Counted from the stretch's first letter, positions 9,382-19,035 are shown. The stretch: 32,823 bases of DNA from an uncultured Campylobacteraceae bacterium (GCA_964566455.1 CAZMKH010000001.1:2469-35291), one strand, 5' to 3'. Numbers and translations are program-made. The notes: a model not told the origin generated them from the letters alone.

Positions 9382-9437
9382 AAAATTTACTTTTTTTAGT
9401 ATAATTATACCATTACCGCTGAAAAAGGAGCTACATT

Positions 9438-10265
9438 ATGGCTGAAAAAGAAAAAAAGAAAAATAACAAAGTACAGATTTGGGTAAAAAAAGAGACTCTT
9501 GAATATGAAGAAGAACTTAGAAAGCTTCAAATTGAACTGCTCAAATTTCAAAATCATGTCAAAGACAAAGGTTTAAAATATCTTTTGATATTCGAAGGAA
9601 GGGATGCTGCAGGAAAAGGTGGTACCATAAAAAGAGTAACAGAACATCTCAATCCAAGGGGTGCAAGAGTAGTAGCTCTTGAAAAGCCAAACGAAAAAGA
9701 AAAAACCCAGTGGTATTTTCAAAGATATGTAGAGCATTTGCCAAGTGCAGGTGAAATAGTACTCTTTGACAGAAGCTGGTACAACAGAGCCATGGTAGAG
9801 CCTGTTATGGGATTTTGTACCGAAAGAGAGCATCACAAGTTTTTAAAAGATGCGCCCGATTTTGAAAGAATGATAGTAGAAAGCGGAACAAAAATATTTA
9901 AGTTTTATTTTTCCGTCTCAAAAGAGGAACAGGCTAGGAGATTTAAAGCAAGAGAAACAGACCCTTTAAAACAGTATAAATTTTCTCCTGTTGACAGAGA
10001 GTCTCAAAAACTTTGGGATGAATACACTTTGGCAAAATTTATGATGCTAAGCTCCACCCATACCGAATACGCCCCCTGGACTATAGTAAAAAGCAATAAC
10101 AAGAAAAAAGCCAGACTCAATTGCATAAAACATATCTTGAATTTTGTGGATTATCCTGATAAAATTGCACCCGAAGAAATCGAAGTAGACAGAGATATCA
10201 TCGTCTATGGCAGAGATGAAGCTATCAGAATGGAAAAAAGTTTCAAATTTAAAAGTGAAGCATAA
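9438..10265 (+). CDS. ppk2: Polyphosphate kinase 2 (single-domain PPK2)
   Basis: The 275-aa ORF has the Walker A-like FEGRDAAGKGGTIKR, plus FDRSWYNR and YAPWTIVKSNNKKKARLN, typical of PPK2. A strong RBS AAGGAG is present. Confidence 0.88.
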   Translation: MAEKEKKKNNKVQIWVKKETLEYEEELRKLQIELLKFQNHVKDKGLKYLLIFEGRDAAGKGGTIKRVTEHLNPRGARVVALEKPNEKEKTQWYFQRYVEHLPSAGEIVLFDRSWYNRAMVEPVMGFCTEREHHKFLKDAPDFERMIVESGTKIFKFYFSVSKEEQARRFKARETDPLKQYKFSPVDRESQKLWDEYTLAKFMMLSSTHTEYAPWTIVKSNNKKKARLNCIKHILNFVDYPDKIAPEEIEVDRDIIVYGRDEAIRMEKSFKFKSEA

Positions 10266-10276
10266 GGAGGGTAAAA

Positions 10277-10711
10277 ATGAGTGACAAGATAAAAATAGTT
10301 TGTCCAAACTGTCATAAAGTAAATGCAATTCCGGCAAATAAAGAGATACATAAAGCAAATTGCGGAAATTGTGGACATTCACTGCTTGATACTCATCCCG
10401 TGTCGTTGGATGAAAGCACTTTTTCCAAACATATCAACGGTAGTGATATACCTGTAGTGGTTGACTTTTGGGCCGAGTGGTGTGGACCATGCAAAATGAT
10501 GGCGCCAAATTTTGAAGCAGCAGCTTCGCACTTTCCTCTAAAAGCACAATTTGCCAAAGTAAATACCGAACATTATCCCGCACTTTCAGCACAATTTGGC
10601 ATAAGAGGCATTCCAACTATCATTATCTTTAAAAACGGTTCTGAAGTACACAGAGTTTCAGGTGCGTTGGATCAAAATTCCATTGTAAATTTAGTAAGTA
10701 ACTTTGTTTAA
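10277..10711 (+). CDS. trxC: Thioredoxin 2 with N-terminal zinc finger
   Basis: The 144-aa ORF has CPNCHKVN...CGNCGH (two CxxC pairs) followed by the thioredoxin active site WAEWCGPCK. RBS AAGGAGG. Confidence 0.9.
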   Translation: MSDKIKIVCPNCHKVNAIPANKEIHKANCGNCGHSLLDTHPVSLDESTFSKHINGSDIPVVVDFWAEWCGPCKMMAPNFEAAASHFPLKAQFAKVNTEHYPALSAQFGIRGIPTIIIFKNGSEVHRVSGALDQNSIVNLVSNFV

Positions 10712-12011
10712 AACAAAAACTATTCGGTACATATTTTTATATGTACCGATTTTCATTTTTTTATTCGGCTGTACTACAAAAAATATAACAAATCCCGTAA
10801 AAACAGATACGATTGAGCTACAAACTCTCATATCGGCAAACCCTTTGACGCATATAAAAGCCGACTATGATATATTTTGGGGTCATTTTTACACTCCGTG
10901 GAGTTTGCAGGATTTTGATATAGATAAGAGTGATGCTTCATGGGCAAACAGAGTTTTTTTATCCGGCAAGTTTTATGCGGAAAACAAACTCCTTTGGAAA
11001 AAAAGTGAGATAAAAAATATCATCAAGCAAACAAATTTCCAGGATTTTATGCAAAGACCTTTTTATGCTATCACCACATCAAATGTACAGTTAAGAAACC
11101 TGCCCACCAACAAACCTTTCATGAAAAATCCAAAACTTGACGGAGAGGGTTTTGTATTTGATTATCTGCAAAACACAAGACTTCATATCAATACCCCGCT
11201 TTTTGTATCTCATGCAAATATGGACGGCTCATGGGCTTTTGTCAAAAATCCCTCCTCTTACGGCTGGATACCTGTGCAAAATATTTATAAAATATCGAAA
11301 AAAGAGTTAAAAAAGTGGGAAAATTACCCTAAAATAGTTATCACAAAAGATAAAATGCCCATATATGATACTTCACAAAATTTTCTTCATTATGCAAAAA
11401 TCGGAGCTTTATTTCCTGTTGTAAAAATTGAAAAAGATTTTTACAAAAGTTTTATATATGACCGTTTGGCAGGAAAAATTTATGTGGAAATACCAAAAGA
11501 TTTTGCCTCTTTGTTTCCTTTGAAATTTACCAAAAAAAATATCTTTAAAATCACAAAGCAACTCTTACATGAAAAATACGGTTGGGGAGGCTTCTTGGGC
11601 AATAGAGACTGCTCGGCTTTAACTCAAGACTACTTTAGAGTATTTGGTATCTGGATACCAAGAAATTCGTCTTTTCAAAACAGAGCAAAAAACAGCATAT
11701 CACTAAAAGATAAAACTCCGGCCCAAAAAGAGAAAATTATCCAAAAACTTGGCATACCTTTTATAAGTCTTTTGCATTTAAAGGGTCATATTATGTTATA
11801 TATGGGCAAATACAACGCTAAAGCCTATGTACTGCACAATCTATGGGGTATACATACAAAAAATGACCGTAGATACTTTATAGGAAGAGCCATACTTTCC
11901 AACTTGTATCTTGGAGAGCAACTTCCAAATCTTGAAAAAAATTCTCTTCTTATAGACAGAGTTGATAATTTGATACTATATCCTGACGGCATATCTACTG
12001 ATGGCTTTTAG
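10704..12011 (+). CDS. Lipoprotein with SH3-like region and C-terminal NlpC/P60 (C40) cell-wall peptidase domain
   Basis: The 435-aa ORF has a signal peptide ending in the lipobox LFGC. The C-terminus has DCSALTQDYF (catalytic Cys context) and KGHIMLYMG (catalytic His context). Only a TTG start (10704) precedes the signal peptide. The ORF overlaps the trxC stop. Confidence 0.72.
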   Translation: MFKTKTIRYIFLYVPIFIFLFGCTTKNITNPVKTDTIELQTLISANPLTHIKADYDIFWGHFYTPWSLQDFDIDKSDASWANRVFLSGKFYAENKLLWKKSEIKNIIKQTNFQDFMQRPFYAITTSNVQLRNLPTNKPFMKNPKLDGEGFVFDYLQNTRLHINTPLFVSHANMDGSWAFVKNPSSYGWIPVQNIYKISKKELKKWENYPKIVITKDKMPIYDTSQNFLHYAKIGALFPVVKIEKDFYKSFIYDRLAGKIYVEIPKDFASLFPLKFTKKNIFKITKQLLHEKYGWGGFLGNRDCSALTQDYFRVFGIWIPRNSSFQNRAKNSISLKDKTPAQKEKIIQKLGIPFISLLHLKGHIMLYMGKYNAKAYVLHNLWGIHTKNDRRYFIGRAILSNLYLGEQLPNLEKNSLLIDRVDNLILYPDGISTDGF

Positions 12012-13164
12012 CTATTTTTAATATCAAATACCCCACCAAACCTGAGAGAAAAGAGCCGAGTAGTATGGCAAGCTTGTCAGCATAATGATATATCTGAGTA
12101 TCATTATATGCCAACGAATCCACAAAAAGACTCATGGTAAAACCTATACCCGTAAGTACGGCAACCCCGTAAAGCTGAAACCAACTACTGCCTTTTGGCA
12201 AACTTGCCCATCCAAGCTTGATAGCTACATAACTAAATCCGAAAACTCCTGCTTGTTTTCCTACAAAAAGTCCAAGCATTATACCCATAGGGACGGTATC
12301 TATCATATCTTTTAAGGATATACCTTTCAAGCTGACTCCCGCATTTACAAAAGCAAAAAGCGGGAGTATCAAAAATGCAACCCAATAGTGCAAATCATGC
12401 TCCATCTCTTTTGCAATGGAAAATTTACGACCCTCTTTGTCTGTAGAGTTTAAAGGTATAAAAAAAGCAAGAGCCACACCGGCCAAAGTAGCATGAACTC
12501 CGGACTTCAAAACACTAACCCAAAGAACTATACCTACCAAAATATATGCTGCTTTTTTCACAACTCCGACTCTGTTCATAACAAACAAAACAACAAGAGA
12601 AATAGAAGCAACAGCGATAGATACGGTTGATAAATCAGTGGTATAAAAAAGAGCTATAATGATGATGGCACCAAGGTCATCTATGATAGCCAAAGCCATC
12701 AAAAAAAGTTTCAATGATACCGGTACTCTGTTTCCAAGCAGCGAGAGAATACCAAGTGCAAAAGCTATATCGGTAGCAGTCGGTATCGCCCACCCTTTCA
12801 TAGCGAAAGATTCACTTTGATTTATGAGTATAAATACAACTGCAGGCATTATCATACCGCCCAGTGCAGCGATACCGGGCAGTGCAACTTGCTTGATAGA
12901 TGAAAGCTGACCTTCCAAAACTTCTCTTTTGACTTCCAAGCCTATCAAAAAGAAAAAAACAGCCATTAATCCGTCATTTACCCACAAAAGAAGCGGCTTT
13001 GCTATCTGCAGGCTTCCAAAACGAATCTCAACATGAGTATGAAGAAAATGGTTATACAAATCTGATAAACCACTGTTTTCAAGAATAAGTGCAGCTATAG
13101 TTACGATGATAAGCACTATGCCGGCAGTTGACTCTTTTTTGATAAATCCCTCTATCATATTCAT
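11995..13164 (-). CDS. nhaA: Na+/H+ antiporter NhaA
   Basis: The 389-aa polytopic ORF has WVNDGLMAVFFFLIGLEVKRE, PTATDIAFALG and LAIIDDLGAIIIIALFYT (the DD motif), all characteristic of NhaA. Its 3-prime end overlaps the convergent NlpC/P60 gene by 17 nt. Confidence 0.93.
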   Translation of the reverse strand: MNMIEGFIKKESTAGIVLIIVTIAALILENSGLSDLYNHFLHTHVEIRFGSLQIAKPLLLWVNDGLMAVFFFLIGLEVKREVLEGQLSSIKQVALPGIAALGGMIMPAVVFILINQSESFAMKGWAIPTATDIAFALGILSLLGNRVPVSLKLFLMALAIIDDLGAIIIIALFYTTDLSTVSIAVASISLVVLFVMNRVGVVKKAAYILVGIVLWVSVLKSGVHATLAGVALAFFIPLNSTDKEGRKFSIAKEMEHDLHYWVAFLILPLFAFVNAGVSLKGISLKDMIDTVPMGIMLGLFVGKQAGVFGFSYVAIKLGWASLPKGSSWFQLYGVAVLTGIGFTMSLFVDSLAYNDTQIYHYADKLAILLGSFLSGLVGYLILKIAKSHQ

Positions 13165-13212
13165 CTTTAAACTCCAAGTTTTTTATCTATTTTAACATAA
13201 AAATAGACAATA

Positions 13213-14175
13213 TCAAAAGCTTTTTGAGATATTTATACCTATCTGTTTTCTGTCATATTGATACATCAGTATATTTGATGAATTTGTAGTATATGAAGCA
13301 TTAAGTGAAAGTGTTGCTTTTATCTTATTTATAAAATATGATAAACTTCCGCTGTAGCTTCTTGATATGTCTCTTCTGCTTTTTCCATAAGCCTGCTCAA
13401 CTCCTTTATAATTTACTCTGCTTGCGCTGAAGCCGACATTGGCATTTAGATTTTGACTAAATGCCTTATAATAATTTAGGTTAACTCCTCTGGCATAGTT
13501 TCCATAAGTTTCGGTTTTTGAACTCTCTTCGCCATAATACCCGCCGATACTGACAAAACTAGAGCGGTCCAAAAGTATTCTGCTTGACGGTGAAAAGGTT
13601 ATACTGTGACTTTTTCTGTCGCTGTTTTTATAATATTTTTTACTTTGATAACTTACTGAAAGATTGAATGATACTTTATTGTTGTATCGATAATTTACCT
13701 GTGGGGCTGCACCGATACTTGTCGAGTAGTATTTTTTATCATGTCCGATGATAAGGATATTTCCTATCAACGGCAACGAGTAGGTAAATCTTCCTTTTTT
13801 TGTTATCAGGGCAGTTGAGAGTGATATGTTTTTACTATCAAGTGCATCAAGTTTGTTATAGTCTATTACATTTATATCAAAGCTGTTTTGCCAGGCAAGT
13901 TTATTTAGCTGCTTGATATAGTTAAAGCCAAAAGAGTATCTAAGCGCAGTATCCGAACTCTCTTTTGCATCCTGCGAAAGAGTGAAAGGAAGATTGTACA
14001 TTAGTATGGTATCTGTATCAGGTCCTGCATTTGCATTGCTGTCGTACATCCAACCTGCTGCAACTCTTATGCTCCAAAGCTTTGGAATACCCTTGTCTAT
14101 TGTAGCCAAAAACATATCTATATTGTCTCCGACTTTCTTGGGAGGGTGGGAAGCTTTTACTATAATTTTTTTCAA
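13213..14175 (-). pseudogene. Outer-membrane beta-barrel-like ORF lacking a signal peptide, possibly a 5-prime truncated remnant (DUF560/Slam-barrel-like; family uncertain)
   Basis: The 320-aa ORF has alternating amphipathic beta-strand-like segments rich in Y/S/N/G and a C-terminal ...INISKSF (terminal Phe typical of OMPs). The only start at the ORF head is TTG, and an in-frame stop lies four codons upstream (14188-14190). Neither the N-terminus MKKIIVKASHPPKK nor any internal Met is followed by a signal peptide, so the protein could not be exported as written. Confidence 0.45.
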
Positions 14176-14302
14176 ACAAAAGTGACATTATAATAATTTT
14201 TTTATTACATAAATATTAATTCATCGTAAAATATGAAATAAAATATTGATTTTTATCATATTTAGTCAATAAACAGTTGTAAAAATGCTGTATTAAATAA
14301 TA

Positions 14303-14311
14303 TGTTATAAT
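14303..14311 (+). promoter_or_regulatory. Candidate extended -10 promoter (TGtTATAAT) for the alginate-type operon
   Basis: TGTTATAAT at 14303-14311 lies 31 nt upstream of the lyase ATG, inside a 167-bp very AT-rich gap. The RBS AAGGGTG lies just before the ATG. The call rests on sequence pattern only. Confidence 0.35.
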
Positions 14312-14342
14312 ATTCCTAAAAAATGGTTATTAAAAGGGTGAA

Positions 14343-15053
14343 ATGAAACGACTTGTATTTTTTATTTTTGCATCACTTCTTTTTGCTCATGATGCGCCGT
14401 ATTCCATCGAAAAATTTCAAGATATCTTAAATGCATCAAAGTTGCAGGCTCCAAAAAGCAGCTTTGATGCACTCTACAGTGTAAAATATGGTAATTTTGC
14501 AGACTATTCCAATAAGTACTTTTATCTGCAAGATGGCAAATATATGGTCTTTTTTATGTGTGGCAAAAAGCACAGAAGTGAGCTTCGTATGAAAAAGGAG
14601 TGGAAAACAGATACAAAAACAAGTATCAGCCTTCATGCAAGAGTAAAGCTTTTTCCTCTTAATGCCAAAAGAGAGTTTACATTTTTACAAATCCATGCTG
14701 ACTCCAATCTTAAAAACTCCATCAACAAACCGCTTCTTAGGATAGTATGGAAAAAAACATATCATCATCTCAAGTCTCATATATGGGCAGTCATAAGAAT
14801 AAGCGCAGACATCAATGAGCAAAATTATGAAAAAATTGACCTGGGGTTGATGCCGGATAAATTTTTTGATGTAAAAATAACCGTAAAAGATAACAAATTA
14901 AGTATAAAAGTCGATAATGATTATAAAGTTTCCGGCTTTGATATTTCATACTGGAAAAGATATTACAACTACTTTAAAGCCGGAGTTTATCTGCAGGATG
15001 ACGGCTGTGCAAAAGTATTGTTTGACAAACTTGATACAAAAGGATTGAAGTGA
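14343..15053 (+). CDS. Secreted polysaccharide lyase family 7 (alginate lyase) protein
   Basis: The 236-aa ORF has a signal peptide MKRLVFFIFASLLFA. The three PL7 signature blocks are present: RSELRM (14574-14591), FLQIH (QIH at 14688-14696) and YFKAGVYLQ (14970-). Confidence 0.85.
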   Translation: MKRLVFFIFASLLFAHDAPYSIEKFQDILNASKLQAPKSSFDALYSVKYGNFADYSNKYFYLQDGKYMVFFMCGKKHRSELRMKKEWKTDTKTSISLHARVKLFPLNAKREFTFLQIHADSNLKNSINKPLLRIVWKKTYHHLKSHIWAVIRISADINEQNYEKIDLGLMPDKFFDVKITVKDNKLSIKVDNDYKVSGFDISYWKRYYNYFKAGVYLQDDGCAKVLFDKLDTKGLK

Positions 15054-16363
15054 ATATTTCCGTAGTAGGATTGGGATATGTGGGTGCTGTTTGCTCTGCT
15101 TGTTTTGCAAACGAAGGACACAATGTCACAGGGATGGATATAGACAGAGTAAAAGTTGATATGATAAATGACGGCAAAGCTCCCATAATTGAAAAAGATT
15201 TGGATAAATATATATCAAAAAATGTAAAAGAAAATAGACTTAGAGCCACAACCGACTTAAAAGAAGCTGTTGATAACAGCGATATCACCATCATATCGGT
15301 AGGCACTCCTTCAAAGCCAAACGGTGATATTGATTTAACGTATATAAAAGAAGCTGCAAAAGCTATAGGAGAAAAAATAAAACAAAAAGATGCTTTTCAC
15401 ATAGTTTCGATGCGAAGCACAGTCCTTCCAGGAACCGGCAAAAATGTTGTCATTCCTGTTATAGAAGAAGTTTCAGGCAAAAAAGAAGGTATAGATTTTG
15501 GATATGTTTCAAATCCGGAATTTTTACGTGAAAGTTCTGCAATATATGACTTTTACAATCCTCCCAAAACCGTCGTAGGAACCGATGATGAAAAAAGTGC
15601 ATCAGTTTTTAAAGAGCTTTACACTTTTTTAAAAGCTCCATATTTTGAAACAGATATTGAAGTAGCTGAAATGATAAAATATGCGGACAATTCATGGCAT
15701 GCGGTAAAAGTTACATTTGCCAACGAGATTGGCTTGATATGTAAAAGAGTTGGCATTGATGCTCACAAGGTTATGGATATTTTCTGCGCGGATAGGAAGC
15801 TTAACATTTCATCATACTATTTAAAACCGGGGTTTGCTTTTGGCGGGTCATGCCTTCCAAAAGATGTAAAAGCCATAACCTACAAAGCAAAATCATTGGA
15901 TGAAAACACACAACTTCTAAATTCTTTAATACCAAGCAACCGATATCAAATCGAGAGAGTTTTTTATCATTTTATAAAGCCTCTTAAAAAAAGAAAGGTA
16001 GGGATTTTGGGGATTAGCTTCAAAGCAGATACAGATGACTTGAGAGAATCTCCCGTTTTAGAACTTACTGAAATCCTCATAGGAAAAGGATATGAAGTCA
16101 AAATATATGACAAAAATATATCGCTCGCCAAAGAAAAAGGAGCCAATAAACTTTTACTTGAAAATGAGCTTCCCCATATCAATGCAAGATTGGAAAATGA
16201 TTTAAACCGGGTTGTTGACAATAGCGAAATACTAATCATTGGAAACAGTGATGACAAATTTAAATATATTGACTTTTTGTCATATAAAGATAAAACTTTT
16301 ATAGACTTAATGCGTATCAATTCCGATATATCACATGATAATTATACAGGGATAGCATGGTAG
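15050..16363 (+). CDS. algD: GDP-mannose 6-dehydrogenase
   Basis: The 437-aa ORF has (M)NISVVGLGYVGAVCSACFANEGHNVTGMDI (Rossmann fold, close to the AlgD N-terminus as recalled), the catalytic-Cys region FGGSCLPKDV, and GISFKADTDDLRESP. The GTG start overlaps the lyase TGA stop (GTGA). Confidence 0.9.
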   Translation: MNISVVGLGYVGAVCSACFANEGHNVTGMDIDRVKVDMINDGKAPIIEKDLDKYISKNVKENRLRATTDLKEAVDNSDITIISVGTPSKPNGDIDLTYIKEAAKAIGEKIKQKDAFHIVSMRSTVLPGTGKNVVIPVIEEVSGKKEGIDFGYVSNPEFLRESSAIYDFYNPPKTVVGTDDEKSASVFKELYTFLKAPYFETDIEVAEMIKYADNSWHAVKVTFANEIGLICKRVGIDAHKVMDIFCADRKLNISSYYLKPGFAFGGSCLPKDVKAITYKAKSLDENTQLLNSLIPSNRYQIERVFYHFIKPLKKRKVGILGISFKADTDDLRESPVLELTEILIGKGYEVKIYDKNISLAKEKGANKLLLENELPHINARLENDLNRVVDNSEILIIGNSDDKFKYIDFLSYKDKTFIDLMRINSDISHDNYTGIAW

Positions 16364-17880
16364 ACTTTTGGTTTTTTCTTATATACACCTTGGCTTTGAC
16401 AGCAATGGGATTTTCTCTGCCTTCAATATATTTTGACCCTTATCAAAAAAAGCTTATATTTGTGCTTGGACTGGTTGGGATATGGAGGTACAGCTGGTTT
16501 TTTATAAATATTATCAGAGCTACAATCTACAAAAAGGTTGTTTTTAAAAAAATAAGAAAAATAGAGGAGTCCCACAAAGACGAAATAGACCCTGAACATG
16601 TTTTTTTACTTCTTACGACATTTCGTATCGGTACGGATGTTACCATCAGAGTTTACAGGGCTGTTATCGAAGAAGCGATCAGATGCGGGTATAATGTAAC
16701 GATTATTGCTTCCATTGTTGAAATGTCAGAAGAGAGGTTGATTAGAAAAATTTTTTTACAGCATAAGCCGCCGCCTCGCGTTCGCCTTACTATCTCAAGG
16801 ATAAAAGGTACAGGAAAAAGAGACGGTCTTTCCATAGGATTTAGAGTTGTAGCCAATGCTTCCGGTATTAATTTGGAAAAAAGTGTTGTTGCCGTTATAG
16901 ACGGAGACTCTATACTTGGAGAGGACTTGATAAGAAAATGCTCAAGACTTTTTGGTATGAATGAAAATCTTGGAGCACTTACAACTGACGAGGATGCTAT
17001 CTTAGCCGGAGATGACTTTCCTCACAATGTATATAGACAATGGTATAAACTCCGTTTCGCTCAGCGTAATATCTCTATGAGTTCTATGGCTCTTTCCAAT
17101 CGTGTTTTAACACTTACCGGAAGAATGTCTATGATAAGAGCAAATATAGTTGCTTCAAAAGATTTTATTGAAACTGTACAAAATGATCATGTAAATCACC
17201 CTATACTCGGTAAGTTTAAGTTTTTAACAGGTGATGACAAGTCAAGTTGGTTTGATGTGGTCAAGGAGGGATGGGATATGCTCTATATCCCCGATGTAGT
17301 TGTTTATACAGTTGAAGAAATCCCTGACAAAAACTATTTTAAAGGCTCCATTGCTTTAATGCACAGATGGTTTGGTAATCAATACAGAACCAACACAAGA
17401 GCACTTAAGCTTTCTCCAAAGACATTTAACTGGTATCCGTGGTATGGACTGATAGATCAAAGAGTAACAATGTGGACCGCTCCTTATGGGCTTTTTATCG
17501 CATTGTTTGGCTCTTTAAACTGGGGTATAGAAATCTTTTATGCATATATATGGTGGGTACTTTTCAGCAGACTCATCATGACATATGCATACAGGCTTTC
17601 AAGAGAAGAGATATTGCCCTCATGGCCGTTTTTCTTATATTACAATCAAATAGTCGGCTCTTTTGTTAAAATATATATTTGGAACCATTTGTACAAACAG
17701 TCATGGACAAGACAGAAAACAAAACTTAAAACAGAAGACAGATTTATTCAATGGTATAGGAAAACTGCCGGCGATACATTAACAATAGTTAAACTTTTAT
17801 TTTTTATTATTGTTGTAAATGTCTTAGTCCAAAACATTACATTTGATGAAATATGGTCATTTTTTGATATTATCATCTAA
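16357..17880 (+). CDS. alg8: Alginate polymerase glycosyltransferase (GT2), Alg8 homologue
   Basis: The 507-aa ORF has blocks that match P. aeruginosa Alg8 as I recall it. These are GIWRYSW, DPEHVFLLLTTFRI, VVAVIDGDSIL, WYKLRFAQRNISMSSMALSNRVLTLTGRMS, FLTGDDKSSWF and LYYNQIVGSFVKIYIWNHLYKQSWTRQKTKL. It overlaps the algD stop by 7 nt. Confidence 0.92.
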   Translation: MVDFWFFLIYTLALTAMGFSLPSIYFDPYQKKLIFVLGLVGIWRYSWFFINIIRATIYKKVVFKKIRKIEESHKDEIDPEHVFLLLTTFRIGTDVTIRVYRAVIEEAIRCGYNVTIIASIVEMSEERLIRKIFLQHKPPPRVRLTISRIKGTGKRDGLSIGFRVVANASGINLEKSVVAVIDGDSILGEDLIRKCSRLFGMNENLGALTTDEDAILAGDDFPHNVYRQWYKLRFAQRNISMSSMALSNRVLTLTGRMSMIRANIVASKDFIETVQNDHVNHPILGKFKFLTGDDKSSWFDVVKEGWDMLYIPDVVVYTVEEIPDKNYFKGSIALMHRWFGNQYRTNTRALKLSPKTFNWYPWYGLIDQRVTMWTAPYGLFIALFGSLNWGIEIFYAYIWWVLFSRLIMTYAYRLSREEILPSWPFFLYYNQIVGSFVKIYIWNHLYKQSWTRQKTKLKTEDRFIQWYRKTAGDTLTIVKLLFFIIVVNVLVQNITFDEIWSFFDIII

Positions 17881-17886
17881 AAAGGA

Positions 17887-19035
17887 ATGAGTATGCCTGA
17901 AAAAATAGAACCTATCGACAATACTGAAGAAAAATTTTCTCCACAGATTGTACATGAAGCAGAAATAACACGCCAAAATGCCAGATTTAAAATCCCTGCA
18001 AAGATGGAAATAGATGGAAAAATATACAAACTAAGAGATTGGTCTTTGACAGGATGTTCTGTCATTGACTTGCCTGAAGAATATATCAAAAAGCATACAA
18101 CCGCTAAAATGATTTTCAAATTTGACCAGTTTGAAACAATAATCGACAATTTAAAAATAGAGTGCTTATATAAAAAAGAAAATTATATAGGGTGTCGCTT
18201 TACAGACCTTACACCACAACAAATGGCAATACTCAATCAAGTCATAACTGCCTATATAAATGGTGATATCATTACGCAGGATGACATCATAACCGCTGTT
18301 ACCAAAATTCAAATGTATCCTAAAAAGAAAAAAATAGATGAAGTCGAAAAAAAGAAAGCAAAATTGATACTTTTTCTTATTTTTGCAACTCTTGCGATTA
18401 TAATAATATTTTTATCATATATTCTATACAAAAAAGTATTTATTGTAGAGAGTGTCAATGGATATGTTGATAGCAATATAACTACTTTACGTTCACCCTA
18501 TTCCTCTTTTATAAAATTTCAAAAAGATTATAAAACTGATCAAAATATTTCAAATGGTGAAACTGTAGCTGTAGCATATCTTGTTGGAGGAGGCATAAGC
18601 CGTATTGTCTCTCCGGTTGGCGGCAAGATATTTAAGATTTATTCAAAAAACAACGAATTTATCAATACAGGCGAGCCAATATTGTCCATAATTGACTTGA
18701 ATGCAACTCAATATATCCATGCAACATTTTACTCCAAAGAGACCAAAAAAATTAAAACAGGCTATATTGTTAAAATAATTTTTAATTCAAATATCTATTA
18801 CGGAAAAATTGTCAAAGTCCTTTATCCTGAAGATATAAGCATAATAAAAAGCAAACCTAACGGCAATATTTACACTAATCCGAGAAACTTTATCGATGTC
18901 ATCATTATACCGCTGCAAAAAATTGATAAAAAATATATCGGGAGCAGTGTATATGTAAAACTGGATACTTTTATAAACAAACTTGGATTTATCAATGAGA
19001 AAAATACTAATAATTTCTTTACTGCTGTTTTTTGA
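17887..19035 (+). CDS. alg44: Alginate co-polymerase with PilZ (c-di-GMP receptor), TM helix and periplasmic membrane-fusion-like domain, Alg44 homologue
   Basis: The 382-aa ORF starts HEAEITRQNARFKIPA (RxxxR) and has DWSLTG (D/NxSxxG), which together form a complete PilZ signature. A TM segment LILFLIFATLAIIIIFLSYILY follows. The C-terminus has the lipoyl/HlyD-like VGGKIFKIYSKNNEFINTGEPILSI. The second ATG at 17893 is better spaced from AAGGA. Confidence 0.88.
   Translation: MSMPEKIEPIDNTEEKFSPQIVHEAEITRQNARFKIPAKMEIDGKIYKLRDWSLTGCSVIDLPEEYIKKHTTAKMIFKFDQFETIIDNLKIECLYKKENYIGCRFTDLTPQQMAILNQVITAYINGDIITQDDIITAVTKIQMYPKKKKIDEVEKKKAKLILFLIFATLAIIIIFLSYILYKKVFIVESVNGYVDSNITTLRSPYSSFIKFQKDYKTDQNISNGETVAVAYLVGGGISRIVSPVGGKIFKIYSKNNEFINTGEPILSIIDLNATQYIHATFYSKETKKIKTGYIVKIIFNSNIYYGKIVKVLYPEDISIIKSKPNGNIYTNPRNFIDVIIIPLQKIDKKYIGSSVYVKLDTFINKLGFINEKNTNNFFTAVF

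Noticed and set aside
13186-13207. 8-bp inverted repeat TCTATTTT/AAAATAGA between the OMP-like ORF and nhaA as a terminator
   Set aside because: The stem is all A/T and has no U-tract on the relevant (minus) strand. It more likely lies within the nhaA promoter region (TGTTAAAAT on the minus strand).
18983-19035. alg44/algG-like overlap (and the 23234-23274 algE-like/algK-like overlap) as programmed frameshift or fusion sites
   Set aside because: Each downstream gene has its own ATG followed by a textbook signal peptide or lipoprotein signal inside the overlap. No slippery heptamer is evident. Ordinary overlapping, translationally coupled genes explain the layout.
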